Shown here: positions 36,812-45,483 of the stretch, piece by piece | Numbering within the stretch: the first letter of the stretch is position 1 | Layout: each line of letters starts with the position of its first letter | Made by a program: the position numbers and the translations under genes | The notes under the pieces: model-generated | The model's database searches: none | Told to the model about the DNA's origin: nothing | What the model saw: only the letters and a program-made list of their open reading frames with translations | Origin: Patescibacteria group bacterium | GTDB lineage: Bacteria > Patescibacteriota > Patescibacteriia > UBA2591 > UBA6264 | Length of the DNA stretch: 64,000 nucleotides | Assembly (NCBI GenBank): GCA_021735685.1 | Contig: JAIPGN010000001.1 | Span: 202,678 to 266,677, forward strand | Reading direction: 5' to 3'

Positions 36812-38383
36812 ATGTCTAATCAGATTCAGCCGGTACTTTTAATTATTCTTGATGGCTTTGGAGTTGCCTCTGTTGGGAACGGCAATGCGGTTACTTCTGC
36901 TAATTTGCCGTCTTTGGAGGGATTGGTTAATAATTATCCCACTACCACTCTTCAAGCTTCTGGCGAATCTGTTGGCCTATCTTGGGGCGAGCCAGGCAAT
37001 TCAGAGGTGGGTCATTTGAATATGGGAGGCGGTCGTATTATTTGGCAAAGTTTACCTCGTATCACTCAGGCCATTAGTGATAATAGTTTTTTTAAAAATA
37101 AAGCTTTCTTGAAAGCAGTCGAGCATGCTCAAAAAAATAATTCGGCTTTACATTTAGCTGGTTTAGTCTCTAGCGGGGGAGTGCATTCTTCTTTTGGTCA
37201 CTTGCACGCTCTTTTGGAATTAGCTGCTCAACAGGGTTTAGAAAAAGTTTATTTACATATTTTTCTAGATGGACGTGACTCTCCGCGAGATAGTGGCCAA
37301 GGTTTTGTAGAGGATCTAATTTCCAAGATGAGGAAATTAGGAGTTGGTCAAATTGCAACTTTGTCAGGACGTTTTTACGCTATGGATCGGGATAATAATT
37401 GGGACAGAATTGAAAGGGCTTATTTGGCTATGACTAAGGGTTTAGCGGAAGAAGAATTTGAAGATCCTTTAGTTGCGATTGAATCTTCTTATCAAAAAGG
37501 AATTTATGATGAGGAATTTGTGCCCGTAGTGATTAAAGAAAAAGATCAAGAGCCAATAGCAGTACAAGATAATGATGCTTTAATTTTCTTTAATTTTCGT
37601 CCAGATCGAGCTCGACAAATCACGGAAGCTTTTACCAAAAAAGAATTTGATGGTTTTCCGCGCGAGAAATTGAATAACTTTCTAATGGTTACTTTGACTG
37701 AATACGAGCAAGGATTGCCAGTAGAAATTGCTTTCCCAGTTGAAGACATTAAAAATCCTTTAGCCGAGACGATTAGTTCGGCTGGACATGGTCAATTTCA
37801 TATTGCCGAAACTGAAAAATATGCCCACGTTACTTTTTTCTTTAATGGCCGACGAGAAAAGAATTTCCCGCAAGAGGAAAGAATTCTAATCCCTTCTCCG
37901 CAGGTCAGTTCTTATGATCAAAAGCCAGAAATGTCTGCTCCTCAGGTTACTCATCAAGTTTTATGGGCCTTAGGAGATAAGAAATATAAGTTTATAGTAG
38001 TTAATTTTGCTAATCCAGATATGGTGGGTCATACGGGTAATTTAGGGGCAGTGATTAAATCTTTGGAAACTTTAGATGGTTTGGTGGGCAAAATTGTTGA
38101 TTTGGCCTTGAAGCAAAATTGGGTTAGTATCATTACTGCTGATCACGGCAATTGTGAAAAGATGATTAATTTAAGAAGCGGAGAGATTAATAAAGAGCAC
38201 ACTAATAATCCGGTTCCTTTTTTGGTCATTAAAAAAGGAGTAGAGGATCGGGGATTTTCTGGAGGTTTAAAAAATTTAAGCGCCTTAACTCCTAGTGGAG
38301 TTTTGGCTGATGTTGCTCCGACGATTTTAAAGATTATGAATTTGCCTCAGCCCCCAGAAATGCAAGGAATTTCTTTGGTTTAA
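36812..38383 (+). CDS. gpmI: 2,3-bisphosphoglycerate-independent phosphoglycerate mutase, copy 2 (divergent tandem paralog)
   Basis: LIILDGFG, GNSEVGHLNMGGGR and ITADHGN. Same 523-aa length as copy 1, with roughly 40-45% identity estimated by eye. Confidence 0.9.
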   Translation: MSNQIQPVLLIILDGFGVASVGNGNAVTSANLPSLEGLVNNYPTTTLQASGESVGLSWGEPGNSEVGHLNMGGGRIIWQSLPRITQAISDNSFFKNKAFLKAVEHAQKNNSALHLAGLVSSGGVHSSFGHLHALLELAAQQGLEKVYLHIFLDGRDSPRDSGQGFVEDLISKMRKLGVGQIATLSGRFYAMDRDNNWDRIERAYLAMTKGLAEEEFEDPLVAIESSYQKGIYDEEFVPVVIKEKDQEPIAVQDNDALIFFNFRPDRARQITEAFTKKEFDGFPREKLNNFLMVTLTEYEQGLPVEIAFPVEDIKNPLAETISSAGHGQFHIAETEKYAHVTFFFNGRREKNFPQEERILIPSPQVSSYDQKPEMSAPQVTHQVLWALGDKKYKFIVVNFANPDMVGHTGNLGAVIKSLETLDGLVGKIVDLALKQNWVSIITADHGNCEKMINLRSGEINKEHTNNPVPFLVIKKGVEDRGFSGGLKNLSALTPSGVLADVAPTILKIMNLPQPPEMQGISLV

Positions 38384-38405
38384 TAAATAATAAATAAAAT
38401 GTTTT

Positions 38406-38753
38406 ATGGAAATAAAGTATTTTGTTCAAAACTTTGAATTAAATTCTGAGGATCAGGAATTTATTGACGAAGCACTACAAAAATTAACCCGTTTTTCAAA
38501 AGAAATTAAGGAAGCGCGGATAGATTTAAGTTATAATCCTAACCATTCTAAGGATGAGGTTTTTAGATTAGAAGTTAATTTACGCTTGCCTCGTAAAACT
38601 TTAAGGGGGGTTCACCGAGCAGGTGAATTACATAGCGCAGTGCATGCAGTGGAAGATATTTTGCAAAGGCAATTAAAAAAATACAAGGCTTATGGTTCTA
38701 CTCGTCGACGTTGGACTCAAAAATTATTTGCTCGTTGGCGCAACAAGGCTTAA
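38406..38753 (+). CDS. hpf: Ribosome hibernation promoting factor / RaiA (S30EA family)
   Basis: 115 aa with N-terminal strands and C-terminal ELHSAVHAVEDILQRQLKKYK (ribosome-associated inhibitor A signature). Confidence 0.7.
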   Translation: MEIKYFVQNFELNSEDQEFIDEALQKLTRFSKEIKEARIDLSYNPNHSKDEVFRLEVNLRLPRKTLRGVHRAGELHSAVHAVEDILQRQLKKYKAYGSTRRRWTQKLFARWRNKA

Positions 38754-38767
38754 TTACATTTTATTTT

Positions 38768-41461
38768 ATGAGTTTTCTTTCTAAAATTTTCTCTAAGGAT
38801 CCTAATGAAAAAGAGATTAATCAGCTTCAACCTTTAGTTGAGGCTATTAATGTTGAAGAGGGGAATCTAGAGAAATTGAGTTTAGCAGAATTAAAAAAGA
38901 AAAGCTTAGGTCTTCAAGAGAAAATAAAAAAAGGTCAGAGTAAGGAAGATTTTTTAGTGGAAGCTTTTGCTTTAGTGCGGGCTGTTGCTCAGAAAACATT
39001 AGGGCAAAGGCATTTTGATGTTCAGTTAATGGGAGGAATTGTTTTACATCAAGGGAAGATAGCGGAAATGAAAACCGGAGAAGGTAAAACGCTGGCTTCT
39101 ACGGCTCCTATTTATTTGAATGCTTTAGAGCAAAAAGGAGTACATGTGATTACGGTTAATGATTATTTAGCTCGGCGAGATACGGTTTGGATGGGTCAGA
39201 TTTATCGAGCTTTGGGCTTAAAGGCTGCTTGCTTAGTTCATGACGGAGCCTTTCTCTATGATCCAGAATATATAATTGATGAAGAGGGAAAAGAGCAAGA
39301 ACAAGGTTCCTCTCGAGATCAACTTAGGGATGCTACGGGCAGTTTTAAGGTAGAGCAAACTTACTTGCGGCCGATTAGTCGAAAAGAGGCCTATCAGGCC
39401 GACATCACTTATGGCACTAATAATGAATTTGGTTTTGATTATTTGCGAGATAATTTGGTGCGAGATTTAAAAGATTGTGTTCAAAGGGAATTAAATTATG
39501 CGATTATTGATGAGGTGGATAGTGTTTTAATTGACGAGGCTCGTACCCCTTTAATTATTTCGGCTCCTGATCGGGCCTCTGGTCAACTTTATTATAAATT
39601 AGCCAATTTGGTTAAATCTTTAAAAAGTGAAAAAGATTATGTGGTGGATGAAAAATTAAGAAGTGTGATTTTAACCGAAGAAGGCATGGCTCAAATGGCT
39701 TCTTTTTTAGGAGAGGATCCTTGGGTTAACAATAATACGGAATTAGCTCATCATATTGATGCCGCTTTAAAAGCTTTAGTTCTTTTTCAAAAAGATCGAG
39801 ATTATGTAGTTCAAAAAGAAGAGATCGTGATTATTGATGAATTTACAGGAAGACTGATGCCGGGCCGTCGTTATTCAGAAGGGTTGCATCAAGCTTTGGA
39901 AGCTAAAGAAAATGTCAAAGTCAAGCAAGAGTCTAAAACCTTGGCGACAATTACTTTTCAAAATTATTTTCGCTTCTATCATAAATTAGCTGGAATGACT
40001 GGAACCGCAGAAACCGAAGCTGAAGAATTTCATAAAATTTATGATTTAGAGGTAGTGGTTATTCCTACTAATAAGCCCATTATTCGTCAGGACTTAGCTG
40101 ACCGAATTTATCGTACTAAAGAAGCTAAATTTAAGGCGATTATTGAAGACGTAAAAGAAAGACATCAAAAAGGGCAACCAATTTTAATTGGTACTGGTGG
40201 ATTTACTATTGGTGAAAAAACAGTAGGAGCAATTGAAAAAAATCAAATTATTAAAAAATTACTTGATCGTCAAGGAGTCTCTTGTCAAGTTTTAGATGCT
40301 AAGAATCACGAGAAGGAAGGGCAGGTTATTGCTCAAGCTGGTCGTAAAGGGTCAGTAACAGTAGCCACGAATATGGCCGGTCGAGGAGTGGATATTGTTT
40401 TAGGGGGCAGTCCTTTTGATCAAGAAAAATATCAAGAGATTATTGATTTGGGTGGTTTGCATATTATTGGTAGTGAGCGGCACGAATCCCGGCGTATTGA
40501 TAACCAGTTGCGAGGACGAGCGGGTCGTCAAGGAGATCCGGGATCTAGTCAATTTTTCTTATCTTTAGAAGATGATCTGATGAGAATTTTTGGCGGTAGT
40601 CGTTTGTCTGGTTTAATGCAAACTTTAAAAATTCCTGAAGATGTGCCGATTGAAAGTAAGATAGTTTCTCGTTCTATGGAGTCAGCTCAGAAAAAAATTG
40701 AAGGTTTTAATTTTGATACCCGAAAACATTTATTGGAATACGATGATATTTTAAACAAGCATCGCGAAACCATTTATCGTTTACGCAAGAGGATTCTAGA
40801 AATGGATTATTCAGCCTTACGAGAAAATTTTTTAGCCAAAACCAAAGAAGAGGTTTTCCGTATTATTGAAAGTAAAACCAGGGAAGGAAAAGTAGATCAA
40901 GAAGCGGTTTTGAAAATTATGGAGTCAATATTCCCTTCTTCTCAAGAGGATTTTCAAGAAAAAGTTAAACCTTCTTTTTCGGCAAGCAAGATGGCTGAAA
41001 AAATAATGGAAGTAGTGGAGAAAGATTTTCAACAAATCGAAAAAGAGATTAAAGAAAAAGAGAAGGAGCTAGGGGATAAGAATTTGATGTCAAAAATTTT
41101 GAGATCTATTCACCTTCAGACTATTGATCGCTACTGGGTTTATCATTTGGACATTATTAATAATTTAAAAGGAGGGATTGGTTTACGTGCTTACGGACAA
41201 CATGATCCTTTAGTGGAGTACAAGAGAGAGTCGCGTCAAAAATTTAGAGACTTATTGATTAATATCGATCAACAAATTATTTACTCGGTCTACAAGATTG
41301 GCTTAGTTAAGAATTTTGCTCCTCGTTTTTCTCAACCGACAATAAATTTAGGAAAGAAAAGTGCTGTTTCTTCCCAAAAAAAGAAAGTGGGACGTAATGA
41401 TCCTTGCCCTTGTGGTTCTGGCAAAAAGTATAAAAAATGTTGTTATCCTAAGTACGAATAA
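38768..41461 (+). CDS. secA: Preprotein translocase ATPase SecA
   Basis: N-terminal LSKIFS, DEAD-box motifs (MKTGEGKTL and the DEVDSVLIDEARTPLIIS motor region) and the C-terminal zinc finger CPCGSGKKYKKCC. Start chosen at ATG 38768. Confidence 0.95.
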   Translation: MSFLSKIFSKDPNEKEINQLQPLVEAINVEEGNLEKLSLAELKKKSLGLQEKIKKGQSKEDFLVEAFALVRAVAQKTLGQRHFDVQLMGGIVLHQGKIAEMKTGEGKTLASTAPIYLNALEQKGVHVITVNDYLARRDTVWMGQIYRALGLKAACLVHDGAFLYDPEYIIDEEGKEQEQGSSRDQLRDATGSFKVEQTYLRPISRKEAYQADITYGTNNEFGFDYLRDNLVRDLKDCVQRELNYAIIDEVDSVLIDEARTPLIISAPDRASGQLYYKLANLVKSLKSEKDYVVDEKLRSVILTEEGMAQMASFLGEDPWVNNNTELAHHIDAALKALVLFQKDRDYVVQKEEIVIIDEFTGRLMPGRRYSEGLHQALEAKENVKVKQESKTLATITFQNYFRFYHKLAGMTGTAETEAEEFHKIYDLEVVVIPTNKPIIRQDLADRIYRTKEAKFKAIIEDVKERHQKGQPILIGTGGFTIGEKTVGAIEKNQIIKKLLDRQGVSCQVLDAKNHEKEGQVIAQAGRKGSVTVATNMAGRGVDIVLGGSPFDQEKYQEIIDLGGLHIIGSERHESRRIDNQLRGRAGRQGDPGSSQFFLSLEDDLMRIFGGSRLSGLMQTLKIPEDVPIESKIVSRSMESAQKKIEGFNFDTRKHLLEYDDILNKHRETIYRLRKRILEMDYSALRENFLAKTKEEVFRIIESKTREGKVDQEAVLKIMESIFPSSQEDFQEKVKPSFSASKMAEKIMEVVEKDFQQIEKEIKEKEKELGDKNLMSKILRSIHLQTIDRYWVYHLDIINNLKGGIGLRAYGQHDPLVEYKRESRQKFRDLLINIDQQIIYSVYKIGLVKNFAPRFSQPTINLGKKSAVSSQKKKVGRNDPCPCGSGKKYKKCCYPKYE

Positions 41462-41463
41462 TT

Positions 41464-41487
41464 GAGGGGACAGTCCCCCTCAAGCAA
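41464..41487 (+). repeat. Hairpin TTGAGGGG-acagtc-CCCCTCAA after secA
   Basis: 8-bp GC-rich stem immediately after the secA stop. A second hairpin TCCGCCAA-n10-TTGGCGGA follows at about 41491-41516. Confidence 0.4.
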
Positions 41488-41701
41488 GTCCGCCAAACTC
41501 GCTTCCTTGGCGGAAAGTAAGGGCAAAAAATTAAAATGGCGAAAAAACAGCTTATTTGAAAATTGAATTTTTAAATCCTCTGACACCCTCAGTGTGTAGT
41601 TCTAATTTTTATCGGTTAAAAAATTTAAAAAAGGGCTTTTTTCTGCCAAATTGAAAAAATGGGCTGGAAAGCTTTTTGGAGAGCTGCTTCTGAGAGGAGA
41701 A

Positions 41702-41772
41702 AAGAAGGGGACTGTCCCCAGTTGTTTTATTTTTTTAAGAAGGGGACTGTCCCCAGTTGTTTTATTTTTTTT
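41702..41772 (+). repeat. Tandem duplication (2 x ~36 bp) of a hairpin-plus-T-run unit, AAGAAGGGGACTGTCCCCAGTTGTTTTATTTTTT, upstream of secD
   Basis: GGGGAC-t-GTCCCC stem followed by a T-rich run, repeated twice head to tail. It lies in the 365-nt secA-secD spacer. Confidence 0.6.
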
Positions 41773-41827
41773 ATTTGTTAGAATATTAAAATTATTAGCA
41801 GTTTTAATTCTTATTTTTTTTATTGAT

Positions 41828-43468
41828 ATGAATCGTAATAAAGTTTGGACTAGTTTTATCTTGATTATTGTTTTAGCTTTTTTGGCTTTAATGGTTGATA
41901 TTCCCCAGCTTCCTGAATGGGTGCCGGGTCATCAATGGTTTTCTCGTCAAAAGGTCCATTTAGGTCTTGATTTGCAAGGAGGCACGCAATTAGTTTATCA
42001 AACCGATACTAGCAATATTCCTAAAGAAGAAAAATTGTCTGCAGTTGAAGGGGCTAGAAATGTTGTTGAAAGAAGGATTAATATCTTTGGAGTTACAGAG
42101 CCAATTATTCAAATAGCTAAGGTGGAGAATGAGTGGAACTTGATTGTGGAATTGCCGGGGATTGAAGATGTGTCCGCGGCAGTAGAAATGATTGGGGAAA
42201 CTCCAATCTTGGAATTTAAAGAAAAGGCTCCTCCTCATGAGTTAACTGAAGAGGAAAAACAAGCTTTAGCTGAATATAATCGTCAGGCTCGAGTTAGGGC
42301 GGAAGATATTTTAAGCGAGACTTTAGCAGGAGAAGATAGTTTTGCTGATTTGGCTCAAAAATATTCCGAAGATGCGGGTACTAATTTAGATGGAGGCGAT
42401 TTAGGGTGGTTCCCGCGAGGAATGATGATTCCTGCTTTTGAAGAAGCTGTTTTTGATTCTTCCTTGAATTCAGGAGAAATAATTCCAGAAATCATTGAAA
42501 CTAGCATTGGTTATCATATTATTAGAAAAACAGATGAAAAAGTGACGGAAGATGGAGAGGTTGAAGAGGTGAAGGCTAGTCATATTTTAATCATGACCCA
42601 ATCTGAGGAAATGATTAGTCAGGACGGTCAGTGGCAGTATACTGGGCTTACCGGCAAACAGCTTAAAAGAGCTATGGTGACTTTTGCTCCCCAAACTGGA
42701 GAGCCGGAAGTTTCTCTAGAGTTTAACTCCGAAGGCGCTAAACTTTTTGGAGAAATTACGGGGAGGAACATAGGTCAACCAGTGGCCATCTTTCTAGATA
42801 ATTATCCTTTGAGCATTCCAGTAGTACGAGAAAAAATAAGCACGGGAGAAGCTGTTATTAGCGGAGGTTTTGCCCTTAATGAAGCTAAGGAATTGGCTCG
42901 TCGTTTGTCGGCTGGTGCCTTGCCCGTCCCTATTAAACTGGTGGGGCAGCAAAATATTGGTCCTAGTTTAGGTAAAATTTCAGTACAAAAAAGTATAGTG
43001 GCCGGCATCCTGGGTTTCTTCTTGATTTGTATTTTTATGCTTGGCTTTTATAAATGGCGAGGCGTTTTAGCGGTATCAGCCTTGATTATTTATGCTTTAA
43101 TTGTTTTAGCTATTTATAAATTAATCCCAGTTACTTTAACTTTAGCTGGAGTAGCTGGTTTCATTATTTCTTTAGGTATGGCTGTTGATGCTAATATTCT
43201 TATTTTTGAAAGAATTAAAGACGAAAACCGGTTGGGAAAAAATTTAGCAGTAGCTATTGATGATGGTTTTAGTCATGCTTGGACTGCGATTCGGGATGGC
43301 AATATTACAACTTTAATTGTTTGTTTTATTTTGTATCATTTTGGTTCGGGTTTAGTGAGAGGATTTGGTTTAACTTTGGGAATCGGAGTTCTTTTGAGTA
43401 TGTTCACTGCTATTGTGGCCACTAAAACCTTCCTAAAAATTACTACTAAAGATTTTTTAAAGGATTAA
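41828..43468 (+). CDS. secD: Protein translocase subunit SecD carrying an inserted parvulin-type (PpiC) peptidyl-prolyl isomerase domain
   Basis: SecD motifs are present in order (LGLDLQGGTQL, RINIFGVTEPIIQ, LPGIEDVSAAVEMIGETPILEFKE, then after the insert ALNEAKELARRLSAGALPVP, then 6 TM segments). The insert (~aa 132-260) carries QARVRAEDIL ... DSFADLAQKYSEDAGTNLDGGDLGWFPRGMMIPAFEEAVF ... SIGYHIIRK, a complete parvulin signature. Start chosen at ATG 41828. Confidence 0.85.
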   Translation: MNRNKVWTSFILIIVLAFLALMVDIPQLPEWVPGHQWFSRQKVHLGLDLQGGTQLVYQTDTSNIPKEEKLSAVEGARNVVERRINIFGVTEPIIQIAKVENEWNLIVELPGIEDVSAAVEMIGETPILEFKEKAPPHELTEEEKQALAEYNRQARVRAEDILSETLAGEDSFADLAQKYSEDAGTNLDGGDLGWFPRGMMIPAFEEAVFDSSLNSGEIIPEIIETSIGYHIIRKTDEKVTEDGEVEEVKASHILIMTQSEEMISQDGQWQYTGLTGKQLKRAMVTFAPQTGEPEVSLEFNSEGAKLFGEITGRNIGQPVAIFLDNYPLSIPVVREKISTGEAVISGGFALNEAKELARRLSAGALPVPIKLVGQQNIGPSLGKISVQKSIVAGILGFFLICIFMLGFYKWRGVLAVSALIIYALIVLAIYKLIPVTLTLAGVAGFIISLGMAVDANILIFERIKDENRLGKNLAVAIDDGFSHAWTAIRDGNITTLIVCFILYHFGSGLVRGFGLTLGIGVLLSMFTAIVATKTFLKITTKDFLKD

Positions 43469-43498
43469 TTTTAATTAATAAAGTTTTCTATTAGCCTT

Positions 43499-44374
43499 AT
43501 GTTTGATTTTATTGCACACGGGAAAAAGTTCCTTGCTCTTTCTGGGATTTTAATCTTGGTTTCTGTTTTAGCTTTGTCTTTTTGGGGTTTAAAAATGGGA
43601 ATTGATTTTGAGGGTGGAGCTATTTCTCAAGTTAAATTCTTGGAAGAAAGGCCAAGTAATGTAGAGATTGTCCAGAAATTAGATTCCCTAGAATTGGGTG
43701 ATGTTAGTGTTCGTCTCAGTGGTTCCAGTTCAGCTATTTTAAGATTTCCGGAAATAGACGAAGAGGTTCACCAGCAAATTTTAGAGTTATTGGGCGAAGT
43801 AGAAGAAGAAAGCTATGAAATGGTGGGGCCAGTTATCGGGAGAGAATCATCACGAAAAGCTCGGTCAGCTATTTTTCTTTCTTTGTTAGCTATTATTTTA
43901 TATGTAACCTGGGCTTTCCGAAAATTATCTCGTGTTTTAGGGAAGGGGGAGTCGTGGCGTTACGGAATTGGGGCTACTTTAGCTTTGGCTCATGATGTTT
44001 TAATTCTATTAGGTTTCTTTGCCGTGTTGGGTCATTTTCAAGGAATAGAGGTCAATGTAGCTTTTATTACCGCTTTATTAACTGTTCTTGGCTATTCAGT
44101 TAACGACACTATTGTTATTTATGATCGGATTCGAGAGAATCTTTTGCTGCATCGGGCCAAAAATTTGAGAGAGACTATTAATTTAAGCTTAAATGAAACC
44201 ATTACTCGTTCTTTGAATACTTCTTTAACTACGCTCTCGGTGCTTTTAGCTATTTATATTTTTGGCGGAGAAGCCATCCAAAGTTTTATCCTAGCGATGA
44301 TGATAGGAGTAATTAGTGGAACTTGGTCTTCTTTGGTAATCGCCAGTCAGTTTTTACTTTGGCGTCGTAAATAA
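43499..44374 (+). CDS. secF: Protein translocase subunit SecF
   Basis: N-terminal FDFIAHGKKF...GIDFEGG and a 6-TM SecF core. Confidence 0.9.
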   Translation: MFDFIAHGKKFLALSGILILVSVLALSFWGLKMGIDFEGGAISQVKFLEERPSNVEIVQKLDSLELGDVSVRLSGSSSAILRFPEIDEEVHQQILELLGEVEEESYEMVGPVIGRESSRKARSAIFLSLLAIILYVTWAFRKLSRVLGKGESWRYGIGATLALAHDVLILLGFFAVLGHFQGIEVNVAFITALLTVLGYSVNDTIVIYDRIRENLLLHRAKNLRETINLSLNETITRSLNTSLTTLSVLLAIYIFGGEAIQSFILAMMIGVISGTWSSLVIASQFLLWRRK

Positions 44375-44387
44375 TAATTTATATTTT

Positions 44388-45479
44388 ATGCGAGTTGCTT
44401 TAGTCCATGATTTTTTGACTCAATATGGGGGGGCGGAAAAAGTCTTGGAAGCTTTTTGTGAAATTTGGCCGCAAGCGCCAATTTTTACTTTGTTTTACGA
44501 TCGAAAAAAAATGGGGGGACATTTTAAAAATCAAGATATTAGAGTTTCTCCAATTCAGAATTTACCTTGGGGCAAGAAAAAATATCGTTGGTATTTACCT
44601 TTAATGCCAAGCGCGATCGAAAGATTTAATCTCAGTGATTTTGATTTAATTATTTCCGATTGTTCTGCTTATAGTAAGGGAGTTTTGACTAGGCCGGGCA
44701 CATTGCATATTTCTTATTTACATACTCCGACTCGTTATCTTTGGTCAGATGCCTATAAATATATTGATTCTTTATCTGGTGCTGAAAAAATGGTTAGTAA
44801 ATTTTTGGCCCCAATTTTAACTCGTTTGCGAATTTGGGATCAAATTGCTAGCCAAAGACCGGATCATTTTATTGCTAATTCCGAATTTATTGCTCAAAGA
44901 ATTAAGCATTATTATCGTCGGGAAAGCACAGTTATTTATCCACCAGTAGAATTTTCTCGGTTTAGGATTGCGCGGAAAATAAAAGATTACTATTTGCTTA
45001 TTTCTCGTTTTCGCCCTTACAAGAAAGTGGATTTGGCGATTAGATCTTTCAATGAATTAAGAATGCCGTTAAAAATTATTGGCACAGGAGATGATAAATT
45101 TTTAAAAAAAATTGCTGGGCCTAATATTGAATTTTTGGGATTTGTTTCGGATCAAGAGAAGGCTAAATATTTATCTCAGTGTCGCGCCTTAATTCATCCC
45201 CAAAAAGAAGATTTTGGCATTACTCCTTTAGAGGCCATGGCCTCGGGTCGGCCGGTCATTGCTTATCAAGCTGGCGGAGCCAAGGAGACTGTGATTGAAG
45301 GATTGACGGGAAAGTTTTTTAAAGAGCAAAATGTAGCTGCACTTAAAGATGCAGTTTTAAAGTTTAAGGCAGAAAAATTTGATTCTCGAAAAATTCGTCG
45401 TCATGCTCAAAGTTTTAGTCAAGCTCAATTTAAGAAAAAAATTAAAAAATTTGTAGAAAAACGTTTAAAGAAAAGATAG
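44388..45479 (+). CDS. Glycosyltransferase family 4
   Basis: FGITPLEAMASGRPVIAYQAGG is the GT4 signature. Confidence 0.85.
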   Translation: MRVALVHDFLTQYGGAEKVLEAFCEIWPQAPIFTLFYDRKKMGGHFKNQDIRVSPIQNLPWGKKKYRWYLPLMPSAIERFNLSDFDLIISDCSAYSKGVLTRPGTLHISYLHTPTRYLWSDAYKYIDSLSGAEKMVSKFLAPILTRLRIWDQIASQRPDHFIANSEFIAQRIKHYYRRESTVIYPPVEFSRFRIARKIKDYYLLISRFRPYKKVDLAIRSFNELRMPLKIIGTGDDKFLKKIAGPNIEFLGFVSDQEKAKYLSQCRALIHPQKEDFGITPLEAMASGRPVIAYQAGGAKETVIEGLTGKFFKEQNVAALKDAVLKFKAEKFDSRKIRRHAQSFSQAQFKKKIKKFVEKRLKKR

Positions 45480-45483
45480 TTTT

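Noticed and set aside
38711-38767. Upstream 19-codon extension of secA
   Set aside because: It overlaps the hpf 3' end, and the canonical SecA N-terminus starts at MSFLSKIF (ATG 38768).
41651-41827. 59-codon N-terminal extension of secD in the ORF track
   Set aside because: It is encoded by the tandem hairpin plus T-run repeats and terminator-like sequences. The SecD signal-anchor starts at MNRNKVWTSFIL (ATG 41828).
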